Shown here: positions 37,667-48,700 of the stretch, piece by piece | Position numbering within the stretch: the first letter of the stretch is position 1 | How the letters are laid out: every line of letters starts with the position of its first letter | Assembly (NCBI GenBank): GCA_001823065.1 | Contig: MHTJ01000004.1 | Location: 37,839 to 101,838, forward strand | DNA: 64,000 nt | Source of the DNA: Candidatus Vogelbacteria bacterium RIFOXYD1_FULL_44_32 | GTDB taxonomy: Bacteria > Patescibacteriota > Minisyncoccia > Phycocordibacterales > XYD1-FULL-46-19 | Reading direction: 5' to 3' | Notes under the pieces: model-generated | Database searches by the model: none | Told to the model about the DNA's origin: nothing | Seen by the model: only the letters and a program-made list of their open reading frames with translations | Made by a program: the position numbers and the translations under genes

Positions 37667-38392
37667 ATGAAAATTATCGGTGTTAAGACGCCTCTGTTAA
37701 AAGCAGGAGATGATCTAATTCAGTTTATAATAAAAAACATCCCATCTCTCTCGGAGGGAAGTGTTGTTGTGGTCACATCAAAAATTGTAGCCTTGGCTGA
37801 AGGTCGGCTTGCTCCTTTGTCGGCAAAGGAAGCTATTATCAAGCGCGAGTCAAAGGAGGTGATTGAAACTCCCTATGGTTTCCTAACACTAACTAAAGAT
37901 GGCTGGTGTGTAAATGCCGGCGTTGATGAATCTAATGCTAAAGATGGTCTTATTTTACTACCCCTTGATGCTTTTCAGTCGGCCGAAGTTTTGTGTCGCT
38001 CTTTGCGTCAGAAATTTAAAATAAAAAAACTGGGTGTGCTTATTACTGATACTAAGAGTGTGCCGCTTCGCGTGGGCACAGTTGGGCGGGCGCTTGGTTT
38101 TGCTGGCTTTCAGCCACTGCGGAGCTATATCAACAAGCGTGATCTTTTTGGCCGTAAAAGTCGTTTTACAGAAAGTAATCTGGCAGACTCTCTCGCGGCG
38201 GCGGCAGTACTTCTGATGGGCGAGGGAAGCGAGCGTGTTCCACTGGCTGTCATACAGGAGGCACCTGTTACTTTTGTGGGAGTTGGCACTAGTCAGACTA
38301 CTAAACTGTCGTTACCGCCACAGCTAGATATTTTTCGTTACGTTTTTAGTCGGGCGTCTTCACCTCGTGCAAAGAAAAAACCGAAACGCTAG
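37667..38392 (+). CDS. CofE-like (F420-0:gamma-glutamyl ligase family) protein
   Basis: GDDL, VVTSKIVALAEG, NAGVDESN, LITDT..PLR.G, DLFGR, AD.LA.AA.L.MGEG.E..P. Confidence 0.85.
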   Translation: MKIIGVKTPLLKAGDDLIQFIIKNIPSLSEGSVVVVTSKIVALAEGRLAPLSAKEAIIKRESKEVIETPYGFLTLTKDGWCVNAGVDESNAKDGLILLPLDAFQSAEVLCRSLRQKFKIKKLGVLITDTKSVPLRVGTVGRALGFAGFQPLRSYINKRDLFGRKSRFTESNLADSLAAAAVLLMGEGSERVPLAVIQEAPVTFVGVGTSQTTKLSLPPQLDIFRYVFSRASSPRAKKKPKR

Positions 38393-38422
38393 GTCGCGTT
38401 TCGGCTCTAGGGGCCGATATGG

Positions 38423-39439
38423 TTACAGCCCCTTTTCCAAGCTCTTCAAGACTTTCAGGTAAAGTCTTTTCACGATTTCCTCCTGCTTCTTGCCGGAGGC
38501 GGCATAGTGGTCTAGACCGGGGGCGGCGTTGATCTCAATGACGGTGTAGCGACCGGGCGCTTTTGTGATGTCGCTTTTTACCATGAGGTCGACACCGCAC
38601 ATTCGCAGACCCATGTCGGCTGTCAGTCGGATTGCGATTTTCTTAAACTCAGGATGGACGGCACCGGTGACATCCACCGAGTCGCCGCCGGTAGACAGGT
38701 TGGCATTGTCGAGCAGGTAGACTACTTCGCCCAGTTTTGGCACCGAGGAAAAGGCGAGTCCTTGCCGAGCCAGTTTTCCCGCAATGCGAGGGTCTCGCAC
38801 CTTTATCTTGGTGTCACGGCTTGAAGCGATGAAGTTTTCCTGCTTTTTGCGCAGGAGGGCGCGGATACTCAAACGCCCGTCGCCTGTGACGCTAAGTGGT
38901 TGCCGCTCATAGGCCGAGATCAGCTCGCCATCAAGGATGACCAGTCGATAGTCTTTGCCGGCGATCGGTCTCTGGACGAGGGCGATCTTGTCGCGGGTAA
39001 ATATGTAGCGCATCGCTTCATAAAATTCCCGCCTGTTGTGGACAAAAGCCACGCCGGTGCCTTGGCTGCCGCTGTTTGGTTTTACGACCACCGGAAAGCC
39101 AATTTTCTTGGCGTATTGGTAGGCGGCAGACAGGTTGCGCTCGGATCCGATTGCCTTGCACCACCAGTCGGCATAAAATGCCTCGCCGGGGACAGTGGGG
39201 TAGCCCATCTTCTTCATAAAGAAGTTGGCCCAATCCTTATCCTTGGCGATGTCCGAGGCACCGACCGGGTTTAGGTCCACCGTATTGTACCGGATGTACC
39301 GTTTGCGCCCACTTTTGTAGACGATCTGGCCGACGATGCCCCATGTGGGTTCCATCAATACTTTCGCCCCGATCAAGGGAGCGATTTCTTGGAGTAGGGT
39401 GCCGACGAGCGGCGTGGTGTTGCGCTTTTTCTTCTTCAT
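38423..39439 (-). CDS. Standalone ATP-grasp ligase resembling the cyanophycin synthetase N-terminal / GshF domain
   Basis: IAKDK, VVVKP..GSQG.GV, GKDYRLV, GDG..SI, NANLSTGG, CGVD, IEINAAPGL; start 39439 preferred; GC-richer than neighbours. Confidence 0.82.
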   Translation of the reverse strand: MKKKKRNTTPLVGTLLQEIAPLIGAKVLMEPTWGIVGQIVYKSGRKRYIRYNTVDLNPVGASDIAKDKDWANFFMKKMGYPTVPGEAFYADWWCKAIGSERNLSAAYQYAKKIGFPVVVKPNSGSQGTGVAFVHNRREFYEAMRYIFTRDKIALVQRPIAGKDYRLVILDGELISAYERQPLSVTGDGRLSIRALLRKKQENFIASSRDTKIKVRDPRIAGKLARQGLAFSSVPKLGEVVYLLDNANLSTGGDSVDVTGAVHPEFKKIAIRLTADMGLRMCGVDLMVKSDITKAPGRYTVIEINAAPGLDHYAASGKKQEEIVKRLYLKVLKSLEKGL

Positions 39440-39776
39440 AGGGTTAATCCTTCTTTCTGCTTTTTTCTGCTTTGTTTCAAAATCTTGTTCATTCATACCA
39501 CAAATAATAGTAGCTGGCAAAGATTTGAACTCCTGTTTCTGTGATAAAATATGACTACTTTGTCTAATTACCGTTCTCTCTAAATAGGACTTTTTGTACC
39601 TAATGGGTATAAATTGGCTAAAATGGTGGCAGAGATGGGAGGGGGAAATAAGTACTAATTTGACTTTGTTTTTAGTGACTAAATATGCTAAAATGGAGGT
39701 ATAAAAATAGTATTTTTTGACCATATTTTAAGCCAATTTTACCCCGTCTTGTCGAGGTATTTATTTACATATTAAG

Positions 39777-41849
39777 ATGCCTAAAAAACCTGAAACTACC
39801 AAACGCCACTATGGGGCCGATGATATTGTGGTCCTAGAGGGCCTAGAAGCCGTGCGCAAGCGCCCCGGCATGTATATTGGCTCAACCGGCGAAGAGGGTC
39901 TCCAGCACCTCATGGTGGAGATTTTTGACAACTCGCGTGACGAAGCGATGAACGGCTATGCCGATGAAATTGAGGTGGCCATTTTGCCGGGCAATGTTAT
40001 CCGCGTGGTGGACAATGGGACTGGTATCCCCGTGGAAAAGCATAAAAAAACTGGGGTTTCCACTTTGGAAACCGTGCTCACAGTGTTGCACGCTGGAGGT
40101 AAATTTGAGGGTGATAGCTACAAAATATCGGGTGGTCTACACGGGGTGGGTGCCTCGGTGGTAAACGCCCTGTCCGAGTGGCTCTCGGCCGAGGTGCACC
40201 GCGATGGTGGCCGGTTTGTCCAGAGTTTTAAAATTGGTAAGAAAGACAAAGATGTTAAAAAGGCGGGCGCTTCTGACAAGCATGGTACGATTATTGCTTT
40301 CAAACCCGACGCGACCATTTTTTCGGAAACAGTTTTTGATTGGCAGAAGGTGGTAAACCACTTGCGCGGGCAGGCTTATCTCGTAAAGGGGGTGCGTATT
40401 CGCGCCATTGATGCGCGTGACTATGCGGGAAAAATAGACACCGACGGTGTGTTTTATTTGTCCGAGCTAAAACTGCCGGTCCCATCTCAAACTTTCTATT
40501 TTGAAGGTGGACTTTTGTCACTTATCAAATTTTACAATCAAAAAGAAAAGCTGGCTCATCGCAATATTTTTTATGTGGAAAAAGAGGCGAGCAATATTAT
40601 GGTGGAAATTGCTTTGCAATATATCGATGATATAGACGCCAAAGAAATTACTTATACCAACAACACTCGTACGCCCGAAGGTGGTACGCACCTCACTGGT
40701 TTCCGCACGGCGCTGACACGAACACTCAACGACTACGGCCGGAAAAATAATTTGATTAAAGAAAACGAAGACAACTTTACCGGCGACGACGTGCGCGAGG
40801 GTATTGTGTGCGTAGTTTCGGTCAAATTGCGTGACCCGCAGTTTGAAGGCCAGACCAAAGCCAAGCTCGGTAGTGTCGAGGCGCGCGGGGCGGTGGAAAC
40901 AGTTTTTGGCGAATCTTTCCAGATGTTTTTGGAAGAAAACCCCGATGACGCCAAGTCGATTATTTCCAAGGTGGTGCTAGCTCTCAAGGCGCGGAAGGCC
41001 GCCAAAGCCGCCAAGGATTCGGTTTTGCGCAAGGGTGCCCTCGATGGCCTAGCCCTACCGGGGAAGCTCGCTGATTGCCAGACGAGGAATGCCGAAGAAT
41101 CTGAGCTATTTATTGTGGAGGGAGACTCGGCTGGTGGTACGGCCAAGACGGGGCGGGATCGGCGGACGCAAGCCATTTTGCCACTGCGGGGCAAGATTTT
41201 GAATGTGGAAAAAGCCCGGCTCGATAAAATGTTGGCCTCCAAAGAAGTGAAGTCACTGGTGATTGCACTCGGCGCTGCTATTGGGGACACTTTTGATATT
41301 TCTAAACTTCGTTATCACAAAATAATTCTGGCCTCCGATGCCGACGTGGACGGGGCGCATATTCGCACTCTATTGCTGACGCTTTTCTACCGCTACTACC
41401 GACCACTTATCGAGGCGGGGCATTTGTATATTGCGCTACCACCTTTGTATATGATTAAAAAAGGTAAGGAGGTGGCCTATGCCTACAATGATGACCAGAA
41501 GGATGAAATAGTGGCCGCCATGGGGGGTATGGCGGCCGAGGCGGTCGTGGAAGTAAGTGATGGTCCGGCCGATGAAGTCGAAGAAGAATCGGCTGACGCG
41601 GTGGAGGAAGCCGAAACCAAAAAACGTTTTGCCAAAATACAGCTCCAGCGCTACAAGGGTCTCGGGGAAATGAATGCCGAACAGCTGTGGGAAACTACCA
41701 TGGATCCGGACACGCGCATTTTAAAACAAGTTACCATTGAGGACGCTGAAGTAGCTGACGGGGTGTTTGATGTTTTAATGGGCGCCGAGGTAGAACCCCG
41801 CCGGCTGTTTATTCAGACGCATGCCAAGATGGCGAATTTGGATATCTAG
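39777..41849 (+). CDS. gyrB: Type IIA topoisomerase subunit B (GyrB; ParE not excluded)
   Basis: AVRKRPGMYIG, LHAGGKF, SGGLHGVG, VEGDSAGG, PLRGK, DADVDGAHI, RYKGLGEM. Confidence 0.92.
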   Translation: MPKKPETTKRHYGADDIVVLEGLEAVRKRPGMYIGSTGEEGLQHLMVEIFDNSRDEAMNGYADEIEVAILPGNVIRVVDNGTGIPVEKHKKTGVSTLETVLTVLHAGGKFEGDSYKISGGLHGVGASVVNALSEWLSAEVHRDGGRFVQSFKIGKKDKDVKKAGASDKHGTIIAFKPDATIFSETVFDWQKVVNHLRGQAYLVKGVRIRAIDARDYAGKIDTDGVFYLSELKLPVPSQTFYFEGGLLSLIKFYNQKEKLAHRNIFYVEKEASNIMVEIALQYIDDIDAKEITYTNNTRTPEGGTHLTGFRTALTRTLNDYGRKNNLIKENEDNFTGDDVREGIVCVVSVKLRDPQFEGQTKAKLGSVEARGAVETVFGESFQMFLEENPDDAKSIISKVVLALKARKAAKAAKDSVLRKGALDGLALPGKLADCQTRNAEESELFIVEGDSAGGTAKTGRDRRTQAILPLRGKILNVEKARLDKMLASKEVKSLVIALGAAIGDTFDISKLRYHKIILASDADVDGAHIRTLLLTLFYRYYRPLIEAGHLYIALPPLYMIKKGKEVAYAYNDDQKDEIVAAMGGMAAEAVVEVSDGPADEVEEESADAVEEAETKKRFAKIQLQRYKGLGEMNAEQLWETTMDPDTRILKQVTIEDAEVADGVFDVLMGAEVEPRRLFIQTHAKMANLDI

Positions 41850-41857
41850 CATCTTGC

Positions 41858-41896
41858 CCACAAAAAATCCCGACTACTGGTCGGGATTTTTTGTGG
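41858..41896. terminator. Bidirectional terminator after gyrB
   Basis: ccacaaaaaatcccgac...gtcgggattttttgtgg. Confidence 0.8.
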
Positions 41897-42004
41897 TTGC
41901 AAATGCTTGACCCAGCCCCTGCCCAGGCCGAGGGCGGGTGCCGAATAGGCACATCTCCCTTGTGTGTGAAGCGCGAGGCCGTATGACCTCTGGGGCTTGG
42001 GTAT

Positions 42005-42226
42005 TAGGGCGCTCGCCTAGCTTCCCTTTCAAAACACATCGCCACACCTCTAGAGGTGTGGCGATTCTGCTCCACCGTGGCCGTTTGGCCTTGCCCCTGC
42101 TGGGGCAAAATACCTAAGGCCAAAACCCTGCCGGCCGACAGCTCCGCAAGGTTTTGGAAAGGGAACTAGGCTCACTAACTCGAAAAAGATAAATGGTCAG
42201 CAAAAGGAGTAAGCTCGCTGGGTTGG
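42005..42226 (+). mobile_element. Hairpin element type 1, copy A, plus a 3' fragment of another element
   Basis: TAGGGCGCTC-gcctagcttccctttc...gaaagggaactaggc; extra TCGCTGGGTTGG at 42215-42226. Confidence 0.8.
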
Positions 42227-42262
42227 GGGATTACGAAGCGCGCAGTAGAGCTTGTCTTAGGG

Positions 42263-42706
42263 TTATTCAGCCAAAGGCGAGCCAATTCGTTTCTCCTTTC
42301 TTTTAATATGAGATTCGATCAAATAATAGATAATAGGGTACCACAGTGGGAGCCAGACAAAGATATATAAATATTTAATCTCAACAATTCTTTGTAAATA
42401 TAAGCCGATTGGTAGTACCCAGTATAACAGACCCAAATATATGCGTAGGCCCATGGTCTGCATAACCAATGTCGTTTGTTTTTTGTCTTGATCTGATACT
42501 TTACCGCTTGCTAGTCCTATGGCTACTGCTACTCGTATCATTGTGAGATTGAGGAGTACGGTGACGATAACGATAACGTGAATACCGATAAATATATAGT
42601 TGATCAGGTTATTACTTATAACCAACTGCAATAGTAAATAAACAACAGATAAGCAGTAAGAAATTATACCTAAAGTAAGACTGGATTGTTTGCTGGTTGA
42701 ATTCAA
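42263..42706 (-). CDS. Hypothetical multi-pass membrane protein
   Basis: AT-rich 147-aa ORF with about four hydrophobic segments, downstream of thrS. Confidence 0.65.
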   Translation of the reverse strand: MNSTSKQSSLTLGIISYCLSVVYLLLQLVISNNLINYIFIGIHVIVIVTVLLNLTMIRVAVAIGLASGKVSDQDKKQTTLVMQTMGLRIYLGLLYWVLPIGLYLQRIVEIKYLYIFVWLPLWYPIIYYLIESHIKRKEKRIGSPLAE

Positions 42707-42737
42707 AGTCCTTGTTTATTAAATAGATACAAAGGGT

Positions 42738-44486
42738 TCAGGAACGATTTTTTATTTCGGTTTGGAGTTTCTCAACCAATTTTTCAGTTAATATTTCTTC
42801 TTTATCTCCCGCGCGGTTTTCAATGGTCAAGTTGCCCGAATCTTTTTCCTTGTCGCCGATGACAACAAAATAGGGGACCTTGGAAGTTTTGACGGAGCGG
42901 ATGCGTTTGCCGAGGGAGTCACCACTGGCTAAATATTCCACGCGAACGCCAGCCTCTTTTAATTTTGTCACCACCTCTTCGGCAAATTTATCATGAGCTT
43001 CGGCTACCGGTAAAATAGCGACCTGGACAGGTGAGAGCCAAGTGGGGAAGGCACCGGCATAGTGTTCGATGAGGAAAGCCATAAAACGTTCGTGAGTAGA
43101 AAGAGGGGCACGATGAATAACAAACACCTCGTTGTTGTCCTTGCCTTCATTGTCGATATAAGTAAGTCCAAAGCGAGTTTTAGCCACAAAGTCGAGCTGG
43201 ATAGTGGACATAGTTTCCTCGCGACCAATGGCCGATTTAAATTGGACATCAACTTTTGGCCCATAAAAGGCGGCTTCATCTTCTACCTCGGTAAATTTTA
43301 CACCGAGTTCAACTAAAACTTCTCGCAAAACCGTCTCCGCAAAATCCCAGTTGGCTGGCTCATTGATATATTTATCCAAATGCTCGGGGCTCCACTTGGA
43401 CAAGCGAAACCAATAATCGGAAAGGTTAAATATTTTAAAATATTCCATTACTAAAGCCATCACATTTTTGAATTCGTCTTTGATTTGATCTTTACGACAG
43501 TAAATATGGGCATCGTTCATCGCTAAACCCCGAACCCGCAGGAGCCCAGCTAAAGTGCCAGATAATTCATTGCGATAGACGGTGCCGTATTCAGCGTAGC
43601 GGATTGGTAATTCGCGGTAGCTATGGGGCAGGTGTAAATAAATAGTGTGATGATGAGGACAATTCATCGCTCGCAGGTAATAGGTGCCATCGTCCATAAC
43701 CATTGGTGGGTACATTCCATCTTTATAGTAAGGTAAATGTCCTGAACGGAGGAAAAGTTCTTCTTTGGCGAGGTGAGGAGTAGAGACCCGCTGATAATTA
43801 CCCTTGTCTTCCATGGCTATCGCTAATTTTTCAATCTCATTGCGCATAATGGTACCGTTTGGTAGCCACATAATAAGACCCTTGCCCACTGTGTCGTCGA
43901 CAAAAAATAGATTTAGTTCTTTGCCGAGTTTGCGATGGTCTCTTTTTTCGGCCTCCTCGCGTTTGGCGACATAGTCTTCCAGTTCAACCTGGTTATCAAA
44001 GGCCAAGCCATAAATGCGGGTGAGCATAGTGTTGTTAGAGTCACCGCGCCAATAGGCACCGGCGAGGCGGTCTAACTTAAAGCCGGCTGGGTCAATATCG
44101 GTATTGGGAGCTTCCGAATGACCACCTCGACACAAGTCCGTAAAGTTTCCAATCGTGTATAAAGTAATTGGTTCGCCCTTGGCCACAATTTCGTCGATGA
44201 GTTCTAGCTTGTAGGGGTTGTTGGTGTAAATTACTTTGGCTTCTTTGTCGGTAACTTCTCGATGTTTAAATTGCGACCAAGAGGGGAGAATTTCCCGCAT
44301 CTTGGTTTCTATTTTTACTAGATCGTTTTCGGACAGGGGAGAAGTAAATTCAAAATCGTAGTAAAAGCCATTGTCGATGGCTGGTCCGATGGTGTTTTTT
44401 GCATCGGGATAAAGCTCGAGGATGGTTGCCGCGAGGAGGTGGGCGAGCGTGTGACGTTTATTAGCTAAAATATCAGCATTAGACAT
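42738..44486 (-). CDS. thrS: Threonyl-tRNA synthetase
   Basis: RHTLAHLLA, DLCRGGH, RDHRKLG, MNCPHH, YGPKVD, VIHRA; ATG 44486. Confidence 0.97.
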   Translation of the reverse strand: MSNADILANKRHTLAHLLAATILELYPDAKNTIGPAIDNGFYYDFEFTSPLSENDLVKIETKMREILPSWSQFKHREVTDKEAKVIYTNNPYKLELIDEIVAKGEPITLYTIGNFTDLCRGGHSEAPNTDIDPAGFKLDRLAGAYWRGDSNNTMLTRIYGLAFDNQVELEDYVAKREEAEKRDHRKLGKELNLFFVDDTVGKGLIMWLPNGTIMRNEIEKLAIAMEDKGNYQRVSTPHLAKEELFLRSGHLPYYKDGMYPPMVMDDGTYYLRAMNCPHHHTIYLHLPHSYRELPIRYAEYGTVYRNELSGTLAGLLRVRGLAMNDAHIYCRKDQIKDEFKNVMALVMEYFKIFNLSDYWFRLSKWSPEHLDKYINEPANWDFAETVLREVLVELGVKFTEVEDEAAFYGPKVDVQFKSAIGREETMSTIQLDFVAKTRFGLTYIDNEGKDNNEVFVIHRAPLSTHERFMAFLIEHYAGAFPTWLSPVQVAILPVAEAHDKFAEEVVTKLKEAGVRVEYLASGDSLGKRIRSVKTSKVPYFVVIGDKEKDSGNLTIENRAGDKEEILTEKLVEKLQTEIKNRS

Positions 44487-44616
44487 TTGTTTATAATAAC
44501 AGAAAGGCCTATTTTTCAAAATAGACAGGTCTTGCAAAAAAACTACAAATATGGTATGGTTGAGAAACAAACGGGTTCTGAGGCATCAATAGACGACTTA
44601 ATAAAAACTCATAAAT

Positions 44617-45378
44617 ATGACCAATAAACTTAAAACCATAATCCTAGCCCTTATTTTAGGCCTTTTAGTGGTGCCCACGGCTGGTCAGGCTATATCATTG
44701 TCTGACTTGGAACGGGAACTTTTACGTCTGCAGGGTTTATATGAAGCGCAGTTACTAAAAGTGGGCCGAGAAGAAAATTATGTGATACCAAAAACACCAA
44801 CGCTTATTACTACGGCCGATTATGACTGTACCAAAATAGAAACTACACTTCGCTACCAAATGGTGGATTATCGTGGCCATGAACCAATCAAGGCTCTCCA
44901 AAATTTTCTCAAAGCCAATGGTGATTATACTTTTCCTAGTGCCACTGGCTACTTTGGTAATGAAACCAAAAAAGCGGTGACTCGTTTTCAACAGCGGGTA
45001 GGGATTGTGCCGGCTGATGGTTATGGAGTAGTCGAAGCGACAACCCGAAATCGGATTGAAAGTATTTCCTGTGCAGATGATAAATTGGCTATTAAGCCAG
45101 CTATCCTACCTAGTACAATTGTTGGTGCCAATTATGACACGCTAATTTACGCCACCAATTTTCGGGGTGACCCATCTTTTTTAATTATAAATGGGCGGTT
45201 GCCAGTCGGTCTTAAGCTCATAAATTTGGCCGATGGCCAAGCGACTATTTCTGGTCGGACTCGCCGGGCTGGGGTTTACACTTTTACGGTGAAAGCGATT
45301 GGTACTGGTGAACAAGAAACTGAACGGACGTATACCATAATTTCTAATGATCGAGATGGAGCGTTGTTTGGACCGTAA
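44617..45378 (+). CDS. Secreted protein with peptidoglycan-binding and putative Ig domains
   Basis: Signal peptide; LQNFL...TGYFGNETKKAVTRFQ; GRLPVGL...ISG...AGVYTFTV. Confidence 0.8.
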   Translation: MTNKLKTIILALILGLLVVPTAGQAISLSDLERELLRLQGLYEAQLLKVGREENYVIPKTPTLITTADYDCTKIETTLRYQMVDYRGHEPIKALQNFLKANGDYTFPSATGYFGNETKKAVTRFQQRVGIVPADGYGVVEATTRNRIESISCADDKLAIKPAILPSTIVGANYDTLIYATNFRGDPSFLIINGRLPVGLKLINLADGQATISGRTRRAGVYTFTVKAIGTGEQETERTYTIISNDRDGALFGP

Positions 45379-45388
45379 AAATAAATAG

Positions 45389-45427
45389 AAAACCCGCCGC
45401 CGGCTCTGGTGCCGGCGGCGGGTTTTT
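45389..45427. terminator. Bidirectional hairpin terminator
   Basis: aaaacccgccgccggc...gccggcggcgggtttt. Confidence 0.75.
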
Positions 45428-45432
45428 ATTTT

Positions 45433-45465
45433 CCAACCAAGCGAGGAAATGTTTTTCGCCGAGCC
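45433..45465 (-). repeat. Truncated 3' end of a type-2 element
   Basis: Minus strand ggctcggcgaaaaacatttcctcgcttggttgg versus 8419-8451 ggctcggcgaaaaacatttcctcgcttagttgg. Confidence 0.8.
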
Positions 45466-45478
45466 TTTGATATATTTC

Positions 45479-45744
45479 CCAACCCAGCGAACATTCTAAT
45501 TTTGGACTTTCGCGAGAGTGAATTTGGAAATCAAGGAAGCGAGCAGTAAATTCCATCTGTTTGACCCTGTGGAATAAGTAGACAAACTTTTTTAAGCAAT
45601 TAATATTCTGTTCTGAAGTTATATAATCACTAAATGTTAAAGTCTCTATTCCACGGGGGAGTTATGGAATTTGCGTCGTGAGATGAGTATGATTTCCAAT
45701 TTACGAAGCGTCCCCAGTCCAAAAATTAGAATGTGAGCGCCCTA
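45479..45744 (-). mobile_element. Stop-codon-anchored hairpin element (type 3) after dnaE
   Basis: Minus strand TAGGGCGCTC-acattctaatttttggact...agtccaaaattagaatgt-TCGCTGGGTTGG, with nested inverted repeats. Confidence 0.75.
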
Positions 45745-48700
45745 TTCTAAGACTTTCACCGCTTCTACCAACAGACTGGGCTCGCCATTGCGATGATTTA
45801 TTTTTCCCTTTAGAGCCAGACAGGTATCGGGGACCAAAATATCTTTAAAATTTAGATAGCGGTCAGAAAAGAATACGGTTTCAATTTTGTCGGTTAGGTC
45901 GGCAATGCGGACAAAAGCCATAGCGTCACCTTTTTTAGTGTAAATGACTTTTACTTCCTCTACTATCCCGCCAATCGTGGTAGTGGTCCCGTCGTGGAGG
46001 TGTTTGTTATGGTGAATAGTATTTTCTGCTCGCGTAAATTTGTCTCGAAAAGCATCGAGGGGGTGGCCAGAAATATACAAGCCAAGTAATTCTTTTTCCC
46101 AAACTAGACGTTCTTTAGTTTCGATCGCCGGGTATGGTTTCAGGCGAAAAGCAGGGACGCTCGACTGGTCTGACATGGCGCCAAAGAGGGAATCTTGCCC
46201 ACCCGAGTGGATAGTCTGTTTGGCGTACTCTAAAGCGATTTCCATATTGCCGAGCATAGTGCCCCGGTCTTCGCCCAAAGAGTCGAGAGCGCCAGATTTT
46301 ATCAAAGCTTCTAATGATTTTTTGTTTAAATTCTTATGATTTATGCGGTCGAGAAATTCAGTAAAGTTTTTAAATAGCCCACCTCGTTTACGTTCGGCGA
46401 CAATCGCGTCACCAATGTCTTTGCCAAAGTTTTTAATTGTATACAAACCAAAACGAATTGCCCGACTAGTTTCAATCGTTTTATCGTCTTCGGCGACCAC
46501 AGTGAAATAGCCAAAACTTTCGTTCACATCAGGGGGCAATATTTTTATACCCATTCTTTTACCCTCGTCCACATAGATCGCCACTTGGTCAATATCACCC
46601 GATTCGGCGGTTAGACAGGCACACATGTAGGCGACTGGGAAGTTGGCTTTCATATAGGCCGTTTGATAGGCGACCCGACCGTATGAGGCGGAGTGCGCTT
46701 TGTTGAAACCATATGCCGCAAACGGCTCGAGCCAAGTCCAGATCTCGGTCGCTTTGTCTTTAGTCCAGCCGGTGTGTTCGATACAGCCCTTGATAAATTT
46801 CTCTCGTTGTTCGGCCATCAGTTCGGGAATTTTTTTACCCACCGCTTTGCGAAATTTGTCCACTTCACCCCAAGTGTAGCCAGCCAAGTCGTGGGCCATA
46901 ATCAAGAGGTCATCTTGATAAACCAACACCCCATAGGATTGTTTCAAAATATTTTCCAAAGCCGGGTCTAGATAGGAAATAAGTTTAGGATTGTGTTTTC
47001 TGGCAATATAGTCGGGGATAAATTGCATTGGTCCCGGTCGATAAAGAGCCACCATGGCGTTGATATCGTGGATAGTGCTGGGCTTTAATTCTTTTAGCCA
47101 GCGGGTCATGCCGGCGCCGTTTAGCTGGAACAAACCTTCGGTCTCACCTCGGGCCAACATGGCGAAAGTTGTTTTGTCATCCATCGGGATTGTTTCCAAA
47201 TCAACTTTGTGACCATAAATTTTGGCCACCAGTTTGACCGCATCGGCCAAAATAGATAGGTTGCGCAAACCCAAAAAATCAAATTTGGTTAGGCCGACAC
47301 CGTCTTCGCCCACACTGTACATATCGTATTGGGTAATAAGGGACTCACCTTTGGGGTCCCACTGGATCGGTACATATTCCAAAAGAGGCGAGGGGGCAAT
47401 GACCACGCCAGCGGCGTGGACCGAGATGTGGCGGGCCGAGCCTTCTATTTTTTTAGCCAAGTCTAAAATATTTTTAGTATCGTTTTCGTTGTCATAGGCC
47501 TCTTTTAGCTCGGGGACCATTTCCAGAGCGCGGTCAATTGTCATCGGGAAACCTTGGGAACCCATCGGGATCATTTTGGATAAGCGGTCGCCGACCGAGT
47601 AGGGGTAGCTCAGCGCGCGGGCCACATCGCGTACCGAGCCGCGCGCCATCATTGTTCCAAATGTTCCAATCTGAGCAACTTTGTCGGCGCCATATTTTTG
47701 TTTAGCATATTCAATAATCTCGTCGCGACGATTGTCGGCAAAGTCCATATCGATATCGGGGGCCGAGGGGCGCTCGGGGTTTAGGAAACGCTCAAAGGGG
47801 ATTTGATATTCCAGCGGATTAATCTTGGTAATATCTAGAGCATAAGTAGTGATCGAACCAGCCACCGACCCTCGAATATTATAATAAATATCATTTTCCC
47901 GAGCATAGCGGATTAGGTCTTCTACTACCAAAAAATAGCCGGCATAACCTTTAAATTTAATAATATCTAATTCGTATTCTAGGCGTTTGAGTGCCTCTTC
48001 ACTACTTGCTAGTTCGCGGTTAGCTAAACCAGCTAAAGCGAGTTTTTTAAGTTGGGTGTCAGCGGTTTCGCCCGCGGGTAATTGAAACTCAGGGAAAACA
48101 AATTTACCCAAAGTCATTTCGACTTTACATTTTTCCGCAATCTTTATTGTATTGGCCACAGCTTCGGGCCAGTCGGCATAAATTTCTTCCGCTTCAGCGG
48201 GACTAATGAAAGAATAGTCACCAGCCTTCATCGACATCCCACTTTTGCCGACTTCGGCGCCGGTGTTGATTGCGACTAGAGTGTCTTGGGCTTCGGCATC
48301 GGCTTTGTCTAAATAGTGTGAGTCCCAAGTGGCGACATATGGTAGGTCATATTCCTTGGCCAAAGTTTCTAGACCAGCATGAATATTTTGGATATTTTCT
48401 ACTTCTTTATGATTCATTACTTCTAAATAGAAATTATCGCGGCCAAAAATGGATAACCATTCATCTATTACCTTGCGACCACGGTCGAGATTGTTGGCCG
48501 CCAGCGCCTCGGCTAGTTCGCCCCCCGGACAGCCAGACAAACAGATCAGGCCATCGGCACATTCACGCAATAAGTCCTTGTCGACTCGCGGTTTGTAGTA
48601 ATAGCCCTCGGTGTGGGCCAGGGTGGTAAGTTTGATGAGGTTTCTGTAACCAGTATTGTCTTTAGCCAAGAGGGTGAGGTGGTAACGTTTAGAGTCGATA

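Noticed and set aside
35577-39439. One biosynthetic cluster of the NDT-prenyl fusion, CofE-like and ATP-grasp genes
   Set aside because: The duplicated pheT end separates the fusion from cofE-like, and the ATP-grasp gene differs in strand and composition
38423-39724. Full cyanophycin synthetase and the 433-aa ORF start
   Set aside because: No Mur-ligase domain; the upstream extension runs through AT-rich promoter DNA
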